Shown here piece after piece: positions 37,389 through 43,906 of a stretch of 43,906 nt of DNA (the first letter of the stretch is position 1; every line of letters begins with the position of its first letter). Location: IMG/VR virus record IMGVR_UViG_2811995274_000001, one strand, 5' to 3'. The stretch is from an uncultured virus (IMG/VR IMGVR_UViG_2811995274_000001) (taxonomy: Duplodnaviria; Heunggongvirae; Uroviricota; Caudoviricetes). Made by a program: the position numbers and the translations under genes. Under the pieces are notes generated by a model. That model saw only the letters and a list, made by a program, of their open reading frames with translations. It had not been told where the DNA came from and made no database searches.

Positions 37389-38230
37389 GAACATATGATA
37401 ATAGTACAACAGTTTCTTTACATATAACAGATAGATGTAACTTAAGATGTCCACACTGTTATATGAAAGATTTTTCTGGTTATGAAAATAATATAAATAT
37501 TAAAAAAGCATTTGAATCCGTAAAAGTATTAAAGCCAAAAACTTTAATCATTTACGGAGGAGAACCTATGTTATACCCTAATATTATTAATCAAATTTTT
37601 GATGAATTTGAAAATAATATGCATGTAGTAGTAGCTACTAACGGTACTATATGGAATAAAGAAATATATGATAGAGCATATATTATTATGGTTACTTTAG
37701 AAAGTTTCTTTTTTAACTATTCAAAGAATAGAACGTACACAAGATCTCAGTATAATAATTTAATAAAATTAATAGATACTTATAAAGATAAATTAATTTT
37801 AACTCATAACTTATACCCTAAAAACAACGATCCATTCTACGATAGAATGATTAAATTAACAGAACTAAATAGTAATCCATATCCTATAGTAGATTTTTGT
37901 GAAGAAGCAGATTTTGAGCCTAATATTTTACAAGAATATAATACTAACTTAAATCCTTTGCTTGTACCAAAATTAAGAGTTCTCCCAGATGGTACGATAA
38001 CTAAAGATATGAGAGGCGTCTATAATATATGTAAAGATGCAAGTGAATGGAAAGAAGAATACAGAAATAAATCTGTACCTAGTCATGATAAATGTAAAAA
38101 ATGTGAATATCAATATACTTGTCCTTCTTATAAGATGTTCCCACATTTTTGTAAAGATGTCTTAGATAGAATAGACGATCCACATTTTTGTAAGATTGCG
38201 AGATGGAAAAGTAATGAATTCAAAAATTAA
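37385..38230 (+). CDS. Radical SAM protein 2 (partial SPASM)
   Basis: CNLRCPHC, IYGGEPML, ATNG; C-terminal CKKCEYQYTC...HFC; overlaps the upstream gene by 4 nt. Confidence 0.92.
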   Translation: MRTYDNSTTVSLHITDRCNLRCPHCYMKDFSGYENNINIKKAFESVKVLKPKTLIIYGGEPMLYPNIINQIFDEFENNMHVVVATNGTIWNKEIYDRAYIIMVTLESFFFNYSKNRTYTRSQYNNLIKLIDTYKDKLILTHNLYPKNNDPFYDRMIKLTELNSNPYPIVDFCEEADFEPNILQEYNTNLNPLLVPKLRVLPDGTITKDMRGVYNICKDASEWKEEYRNKSVPSHDKCKKCEYQYTCPSYKMFPHFCKDVLDRIDDPHFCKIARWKSNEFKN

Positions 38231-39344
38231 AAAATTCTTTGATACAGATATAGATAAAGTTTATATTTTATTAGGCGATTATTGTAATATGAAATGTAAA
38301 TATTGTTTCCATAATAATGATGTTATGCCTTATATTGACGAAAAAATCAATGAAGATATATTTCCTTTTATAGAAACAATTGCTTCTCGACAAAAAAGCC
38401 CATTAAACGTTAGATTTTTTGGAGGAGAGCCATTAATATATTTTGATAAAATGAAATATATTATAGAAAAATTAGCTCATGTCCCTAATATATTTTTTAC
38501 TACTATTACAAATGGAAAATCAATAACTCAAGAGATAGTAGATTTTTTTAATAAATATAATGTAATGGTAAGCGTTAGTTGGGACGGACACAAGGCTTCA
38601 AAAGAATTTAGAGGTTTTGATTGTTTTGATACTAATAAAAATTTATTATTACAGTTAAAAAAAGTCGAAGTTCTTGCTACGTTTGTTAATTTTTTAAAGA
38701 TAGACGATTTTTTATCTGATTTAGAAAATATAAATAATGAGTATTTTAATATTCATGGAGAAATTATTGGTTTTACTTGGGCTCCTATAGATGATGTTGG
38801 TAGTCAAAAAGAATATTTAAGTAAAGCAATGTTTGATGATTTATATAAAAAATCTGAAGAAGTATGTAATAGAGTTAAAGACGCAATTAGAAAAAAACAT
38901 AAAACACCATTTGATTTAGTTATGATATATGCCCTATATTCTGATTTATGTACTATAGAATCAAGAGATTTTGGTACAAGTGCTGAACGACTTATTGCAG
39001 AAGGAAGCGATAATCCTAAAATCTATTCAATTGATTTAAATGGAGATTTTTATCAATTTCATAGATATCCTAAAAGTTCTTCAAAATCTAAAAAATTAGG
39101 TAATATATATATGCATTATTATGCTTATATGCAATCATATTTAAGTCAAAATAAGTTTGCTGAACAATGTGCAAGAGTAGGATGCTATAATTGCGATATA
39201 AATCATTTTTGTAAAGGACCTGGTCCTCACGTTTGTGAAGAATCAGAAAAGAAATGTTGTCGTATTAGATACGCTTTATATAAACCTATTGTTAATTTAA
39301 TAGAATGGCTTCAGCATGGAGGAATAGATCTGCATGATTTATGA
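38214..39344 (+). CDS. Radical SAM protein 3 (anSME-like, degenerate SPASM)
   Basis: CNMKCKYC, FFGGEPLI, ITNG, VSWDG; C-terminal CYNCDINHFCKG...C...CC. Start probably ATG 38214. Confidence 0.92.
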   Translation: MNSKIKKFFDTDIDKVYILLGDYCNMKCKYCFHNNDVMPYIDEKINEDIFPFIETIASRQKSPLNVRFFGGEPLIYFDKMKYIIEKLAHVPNIFFTTITNGKSITQEIVDFFNKYNVMVSVSWDGHKASKEFRGFDCFDTNKNLLLQLKKVEVLATFVNFLKIDDFLSDLENINNEYFNIHGEIIGFTWAPIDDVGSQKEYLSKAMFDDLYKKSEEVCNRVKDAIRKKHKTPFDLVMIYALYSDLCTIESRDFGTSAERLIAEGSDNPKIYSIDLNGDFYQFHRYPKSSSKSKKLGNIYMHYYAYMQSYLSQNKFAEQCARVGCYNCDINHFCKGPGPHVCEESEKKCCRIRYALYKPIVNLIEWLQHGGIDLHDL

Positions 39345-40170
39345 TGAAGATAGAGCTATATTTTTTGAAATAACTAATATATGTAATCATAGATGTATTC
39401 ATTGTTGTAAACAATGGGAAGATAACAGTATAAATAGAATAGCTTCTTTTGAAACTTTAGATAAAATTATTTCTTTGCCTAAAAAATCTTTAACTATATC
39501 TGGAGGAGAGCCTTCATTGGTTAGAGATAAAGTATATTATTTAATAAATAATGAGTCTAAACATATTACTATTAATACTAATTTAACTGGTTGGAGTAAG
39601 CAAGATATAGCATTTATTAATAATAATGATAAAACTAATTTTAATGTGTCTGTTGTTTCTCTTAAAAGAGATATTTATGAAGAAATAACTAAATCTATTA
39701 CATATGATATTTTTATCAAAAATTTAAATTTGTTAAACAATAAACATTACATAACTATTGTTGTAAATAATATAAATTTAGATAGTGTAGATTTTACTAT
39801 TAAAATTTTATTGTTAATGGGTTTTAAAAATATACTTGTTACTCCTCAAGTGCCTACACCTAATCTAAGTGTTGATGTTAATTTAGTAATAAACATGGTT
39901 AAAAATCTTCATAACAAATATAACAATATTGCTAATATAGTTACTCAAGGATTTTGTAATTTAGATTTTTGTGATCATAAATGCGAAGCTGGTATAGGAA
40001 GATTTTTAATAGATACAAAAGGAGACGTCTATCCATGCGCTCCAATACATAGAGAATGTAAATTAGGAACTATAGATACTGATATAGATATTTTAAAAAG
40101 AAATGGTACAAATTTCTTTTTAAGTTACAATGATCAACAAAAATTTTTATGTAAAGGTTTTATGCTTTAA
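39334..40170 (+). CDS. Radical SAM protein 4 (Twitch/SPASM first half)
   Basis: CNHRCIHC, ISGGEPSL; CEAGIGRFLIDTKGDVYPC; SD GGAGGA. Confidence 0.92.
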   Translation: MIYDEDRAIFFEITNICNHRCIHCCKQWEDNSINRIASFETLDKIISLPKKSLTISGGEPSLVRDKVYYLINNESKHITINTNLTGWSKQDIAFINNNDKTNFNVSVVSLKRDIYEEITKSITYDIFIKNLNLLNNKHYITIVVNNINLDSVDFTIKILLLMGFKNILVTPQVPTPNLSVDVNLVINMVKNLHNKYNNIANIVTQGFCNLDFCDHKCEAGIGRFLIDTKGDVYPCAPIHRECKLGTIDTDIDILKRNGTNFFLSYNDQQKFLCKGFML

Positions 40171-40180
40171 GGAGATTTTT

Positions 40181-41275
40181 ATGTTAGAAATAAAACATGA
40201 TATAAACACAATATTTGTTATGTTAGGACAACAATGTAATTTAAATTGTAAATATTGTATGCAACATGATTTAATTATTGATGTGCTTCCTAAAAGATTT
40301 ATTCACCATGATATTATTAATTTTATTAAATATCATGCTAATAAACAGGAAAGACCTATAGATATACGATTTTATGGAGGAGAACCATTAATATATTTTA
40401 ATGATATAAAACAAATTGTTAATTTATTAAAAGAAGATAATGTTTCTTTTTCTATAATATCTAACGGAAAGTTGATAAATGAAAATATAGTAAAATTTTT
40501 TAATGATAATAATTTTTCGAGTGTAGCAATTAGTTGGGACGGTATTGATAGTATTAAAACAAGACTATATGATGTTTTTAAAGAAAAACAAAATTTACTT
40601 TTAAATATAAATAATCTTTGTATTAGTGGAGTTATTTCATCCTTTAATTATCCAAATTCTTTTATCAATTCTATAAAACCTTTTATAGAAGAATATTATC
40701 GTATCCATAATTATATGATAAATTTTTCAAAAGATGAAATAATGGATATGAATGCATGTCATTCTGATTTAAGGACATTTGATTATAATGAAATCAATAA
40801 ACAAATGAATATTTTAGTTAATAATATAAAAAAATCATTTGTTAATATGGAAACTAGTAACATAAGTTTAAATGATTATCTATATATATCACTATTTACT
40901 ATGTATTGTAATTCTATACAATCTGGATTAAACAGTTATACTCGAAGCTTTTGCGGCAATGGAATAAATGTTATCAATTTAGATTTAGAAGGTAATTTAT
41001 ATCAATGTCATAATAATTGGATTAAAATAGGAGATATCAATTCTGACTATAATACTTACATCTTAAAAGCAAAAGAGTTAGATACTATTACACTTAATAA
41101 TTTTAATAGTACTTGTAAAAACTGTTCTATTTTATCCTTATGCAAATGTGGATGTCCATTAATTAAACAAGATATTAGAAAAAAAACTGATTTTTGTAAG
41201 TTACGTAAAGCTATATATGAGCCTATCATAAATTTAGTCAATGAAGCTATTGCTAACAATGGTTCTTTTTATTAA
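40181..41275 (+). CDS. Radical SAM/SPASM protein 5 (anSME/peptide-maturase-like)
   Basis: CNLNCKYC, FYGGEPLI, ISWDG; complete SPASM CGNG...GNLYQC...CKNCSILSLCKCGC...FC. Start ATG 40181 behind AAGGAG. Confidence 0.94.
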   Translation: MLEIKHDINTIFVMLGQQCNLNCKYCMQHDLIIDVLPKRFIHHDIINFIKYHANKQERPIDIRFYGGEPLIYFNDIKQIVNLLKEDNVSFSIISNGKLINENIVKFFNDNNFSSVAISWDGIDSIKTRLYDVFKEKQNLLLNINNLCISGVISSFNYPNSFINSIKPFIEEYYRIHNYMINFSKDEIMDMNACHSDLRTFDYNEINKQMNILVNNIKKSFVNMETSNISLNDYLYISLFTMYCNSIQSGLNSYTRSFCGNGINVINLDLEGNLYQCHNNWIKIGDINSDYNTYILKAKELDTITLNNFNSTCKNCSILSLCKCGCPLIKQDIRKKTDFCKLRKAIYEPIINLVNEAIANNGSFY

Positions 41276-41329
41276 ATATATAATCTATCATAAAAGAGGA
41301 GAATATTTTAAATAAATGGAGTTGATAGC

Positions 41330-41707
41330 ATGAGTGAAGAAAATTCTCATGTACTACAAGAATTAATAATGCAAACAATGGATAATGTTAGAGAATTAAC
41401 AAAACAATTCTCAGAAGTTAAAACATTATTAAGTTCTAGTATGCAAAATAATAATGACATAAATAAACTTTTAGTAGAAAGAGCTGATAGGCATAGAGAA
41501 GAAATTAATAAACTAAAAGATGACGTTAGAAATTTAATGCATTCTCAAATCGATTTAGAAGAATATGATACATTAAAAGATGATGTTGCCGATTTACAAG
41601 AATCACGCTCTGCTACAATTAAAGTTTTTACTATTATAGGCGGATTAATAGGAACTATATTAACTTCCGCTGCTGCTATTTTTATAGATAAGTTTATACT
41701 AAAATAA
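41330..41707 (+). CDS. Holin-like/XhlA-like membrane protein (coiled coil plus C-terminal transmembrane helix)
   Basis: Hydrophobic VFTIIGGLIGTILTSAAAIFI at the C-terminus after a coiled coil; last gene of the late operon. Confidence 0.5.
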   Translation: MSEENSHVLQELIMQTMDNVRELTKQFSEVKTLLSSSMQNNNDINKLLVERADRHREEINKLKDDVRNLMHSQIDLEEYDTLKDDVADLQESRSATIKVFTIIGGLIGTILTSAAAIFIDKFILK

Positions 41708-41748
41708 TAAAAGAGAGCACGATTAAAGTGCTCTCTTTTATTATTTTA
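41700..41748. terminator. Bidirectional terminator between convergent operons
   Basis: TAAAATAATAAAAGAGAGCAC-gattaaa-GTGCTCTCTTTTATTATTTTA. Confidence 0.9.
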
Positions 41749-41944
41749 AATCTAATTCATAAAATGTATTTGAGTTTTTATCAAAATCATAGATTTCATA
41801 GATCTCATTATTGATTAAATTAATTAATGATCCATCTGTATTCATAATATAGTATCCACAATTATTTTCATTTCCGATAATTTTAATCGTTTTTCCTTTT
41901 GCCAATAATTCTATAGCTTTTAGTTTATTTATCTCTTTTATCAT
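41741..41944 (-). CDS. Hypothetical protein (67 aa)
   Basis: SD GAGGT on the - strand; overlaps the end of the excisionase-like gene. Confidence 0.6.
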   Translation of the reverse strand: MIKEINKLKAIELLAKGKTIKIIGNENNCGYYIMNTDGSLINLINNEIYEIYDFDKNSNTFYELDLK

Positions 41945-42284
41945 TTTTACTAATACCTCTTTGTTTTTTTATTAATTCTTTTATATCGTCTATATGAATC
42001 ATTCTTAAAGAATTAATATTAACTTCTGGAAGTATATGCTGGTCCATTAAGCTATATATTGTATTCTTACTTTTTACTCCTAATAATAAAGCAGCATCTG
42101 AAGCAGATACTAAACCTAATGGAGATACTCTTTTTAATACTTCTTTATTTGTATTATTTATTATATTTTTTAAAGTTTTATTTTCTTCGCTTTGTTGTTC
42201 TATATAATTTCTTATAATACCAAATGTTTCTGTTAGATAGTTTAATATATATTCATTTTCTTCAATTTGCATTTTAGTGTACAT
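41925..42284 (-). CDS. Excisionase-like (Xis/HTH_17, MerR-fold) DNA-binding protein
   Basis: LVSASDAALLLGVKSKNTIYSLMDQHILPEVNINSLRMIHIDDIKELI; adjacent to the integrase. Confidence 0.72.
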   Translation of the reverse strand: MYTKMQIEENEYILNYLTETFGIIRNYIEQQSEENKTLKNIINNTNKEVLKRVSPLGLVSASDAALLLGVKSKNTIYSLMDQHILPEVNINSLRMIHIDDIKELIKKQRGISKNDKRDK

Positions 42285-42295
42285 CCCATAAAATA

Positions 42296-42508
42296 TTATT
42301 TTATTATAAAAATATCTGTAGGATTCATTCCCGCTCTAATTAACCCTAATATAAAGTTTCTACCAGGATTCCTTTTTTTACATTTTACCTTGCTGAAAAA
42401 AGAAACAGATATTCCCATATCTAACGCAAATCCTTCATCGGTATAATCATGTTTATTCTGGAATTTAATTATTGCATCTATATTTATTTGTACTGTTCTT
42501 TCATTCAT
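42296..42508 (-). CDS. Cro/XRE-like helix-turn-helix regulator (70 aa)
   Basis: TDEGFALDMGISVSFFSKVKCKKRNPG HTH pattern; SD AAAGGA. Confidence 0.78.
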   Translation of the reverse strand: MNERTVQINIDAIIKFQNKHDYTDEGFALDMGISVSFFSKVKCKKRNPGRNFILGLIRAGMNPTDIFIIK

Positions 42509-42538
42509 CGTTACGGCATCCTTTTCCTATTAATAGTT

Positions 42539-42552
42539 TGCCAGCGCTGACA
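42539..42552. promoter_or_regulatory. GC-rich near-palindrome, candidate operator
   Basis: TGCCAGCGCTGACA (one mismatched pair) overlapping the predicted +1 of the leftward promoter. Confidence 0.55.
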
Positions 42553-42557
42553 TTTAA

Positions 42558-42586
42558 ATTGTATTTTAATATTTTTTTAAAATCAA
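42558..42586 (-). promoter_or_regulatory. Leftward sigma-A-type promoter TTGATT-N17-TACAAT
   Basis: The + strand has attgta (42558-42563) and aatcaa (42581-42586) separated by 17 nt. Confidence 0.55.
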
Positions 42587-42610
42587 CCGACTAATGTACT
42601 ATAATTTTAT

Positions 42611-42639
42611 TTGCCAATAGTCCCAAAAGTTTTTATAAT
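42611..42639 (+). promoter_or_regulatory. Rightward sigma-A-type promoter TTGCCA-N17-TATAAT for the integrase
   Basis: TTGCCA 42611-42616, TATAAT 42634-42639, 17-nt spacer. Confidence 0.65.
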
Positions 42640-42715
42640 AATATTATTAATATATTATTTTTTCTTTTTGTATATATATGTGTGCATCTTTTATTTAAAG
42701 GAGATGTACTATATT

Positions 42716-43906
42716 ATGGCTAGAATTTATAAAAGAGGACAAAAGTGGACATTTCTCGTAGAAAGCGGTAAAACTAAAGATGGTAAAAGAGTGCGTACTA
42801 GTAAAGGCGGATTTAAAACAAGAAAAGACGCTCAACAAGCAGCTTATGAGTACGAAATCAATATGCTAAACAAATATAATGATGTAACAATCACTAAAGT
42901 TACATTGTATGATTTTATGTATAATGATTGGTACCCTTATCATTCTAAATATATAAAAGCTTCTAGTGGATACACGTTATTATCGCACTTAAAAAGAATA
43001 AATAAATATTTTGGTCCGGAAATAAAAATAACTAAGATAACAACTAATGATTGTTTAAAATTTAGATCTTATTTACAAAATGAACTCAAGATAAGACGAT
43101 CAACAAGTATTGTTACTTTTTCTTACTTCAAGAGAATAATGAATTATGCTGCAAACAAAAAAAATATCATTTCTATTGATCCTGCTGAAAAAATATTTTT
43201 AGAAGCACAAACCAATGATGAACGTTACTCTCTCTTTAAATTAAATATTCATAAAAAGTTCTATATAGAAGAAAGTGATTTAAAGATAATATTAGAAAAA
43301 ATAGATTCTATATCTAAAAACGATATTCGAGATTATGAAAAAGTCATGATAACAAAAATAATGCTTAATACTGGACTTAGAATAGGCGAGACATTATCAT
43401 TAACTTGGGACGATATAGATATAGAAAACAATACAATATCTGTTAAAAAGAATATTGTTTGTGTAAAAGGAGAATATGTGTCTCAATCACCTAAAACCAA
43501 AAGTAGTCTTAGAGATGTATCTGTTTCTAGTAAGTTTATGAAAGAATTAAGTGAATATAGATATCTATTATATGATTTTAAACAAACTAGATTTACATGG
43601 GATGATAGTTTTAATTTAGTCTTTCCTTCTTTAGACAAAATAAAAGGAGGATTACCAATGAGATTAAATACCTACAGAAAATGGCTCAAAACGCTTCTTA
43701 TCGATTATCCAGAACTAGATTATATACATCCTCACATTTTTAGACACACACATGCTTCTTTACTTTTACAAGCTGGAGCTAATGTTATAGATGTTGCCAA
43801 AAGATTAGGACATTCAACATCACGTATTACAGAAGCTATATATATACATCTAACCAGAAAACAAGATATAGGTTTGGCAGATAAAATAGAATCTGTATTA
43901 AAATAA
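42716..43906 (+). CDS. int: Tyrosine recombinase/phage integrase with N-terminal arm-binding domain
   Basis: Start moved to ATG 42716 (SD AAGGAG). KRGQKW...SKGGFKTRKDAQ arm domain; catalytic TGLRIGE (R), PKTKSS (K), HIFRH (HxxR), LGH and AIYIH (Y). Confidence 0.96.
   Translation: MARIYKRGQKWTFLVESGKTKDGKRVRTSKGGFKTRKDAQQAAYEYEINMLNKYNDVTITKVTLYDFMYNDWYPYHSKYIKASSGYTLLSHLKRINKYFGPEIKITKITTNDCLKFRSYLQNELKIRRSTSIVTFSYFKRIMNYAANKKNIISIDPAEKIFLEAQTNDERYSLFKLNIHKKFYIEESDLKIILEKIDSISKNDIRDYEKVMITKIMLNTGLRIGETLSLTWDDIDIENNTISVKKNIVCVKGEYVSQSPKTKSSLRDVSVSSKFMKELSEYRYLLYDFKQTRFTWDDSFNLVFPSLDKIKGGLPMRLNTYRKWLKTLLIDYPELDYIHPHIFRHTHASLLLQAGANVIDVAKRLGHSTSRITEAIYIHLTRKQDIGLADKIESVLK

Larger units (their letters stand above)
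1..43906. mobile_element. Segment of a large temperate tailed phage/prophage (baseplate, tail fibres, radical SAM cluster, holin-like gene, integration module)
   Basis: Dense co-oriented structural genes with baseplate-J, tail-collar and fibre motifs; tyrosine integrase and excisionase-like gene at the right end; no host housekeeping genes; uniformly very AT-rich. Confidence 0.93.

Noticed and set aside
1706..41259. Numerous short - strand ORFs in the track (e.g. 1706, 4061, 4964, 12583, 16680, 21555, 24072, 25102, 27548, 30603, 31391, 32489, 33047, 34669, 36554, 36773, 41056)
   Set aside because: They lie wholly or largely antisense to long, motif-bearing + strand genes, and no recognisable motifs were found; treated as shadow ORFs.
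36435..41275. Radical SAM genes as QueE (7-deazaguanine DNA modification), NrdG activase or MoaA
   Set aside because: No QueC/QueD/FolE/DpdA, NrdD or molybdopterin genes in the window, and the SPASM-type tails and late-operon position fit peptide/protein maturases better. Partners outside the window cannot be excluded.
42611..42715. Hydrophobic N-terminal extension of the integrase in the ORF track
   Set aside because: Artefact of an upstream TTG; the region holds the promoter, and the SD points to ATG 42716.
1..43906. Stop-codon reassignment (alternative genetic code)
   Set aside because: Genes are long and densely packed under the standard code; TAG (25971-25973) and TGA (13483-13485) act as real stops followed by SD-led genes.

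Overview
The whole window is a segment of a very AT-rich, large tailed phage or prophage (myovirus-like, Bacillota-type Shine-Dalgarno sites, standard genetic code). From left to right it holds: baseplate and large structural genes (1-12.6 kb); a mosaic array of about 18 tail-fibre, adhesin and chaperone genes built from shared modules (12.7-35.5 kb), interrupted by an oppositely oriented two-gene XRE cassette with its own promoter and twin operators (17.2-18.3 kb); five tandem radical SAM enzymes with SPASM/Twitch-type tails (36.4-41.3 kb); a holin-like gene; and a Cro-like/excisionase/tyrosine-integrase module with divergent promoters. The most striking element is the five-enzyme radical SAM cluster. 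It sits in what appears to be the same late transcription unit as a fibre-like protein ending in NCNCNCNCNSHSH, which suggests a RiPP-like system that post-translationally modifies a virion protein. All product calls come from reading motifs by eye; no database search was run.
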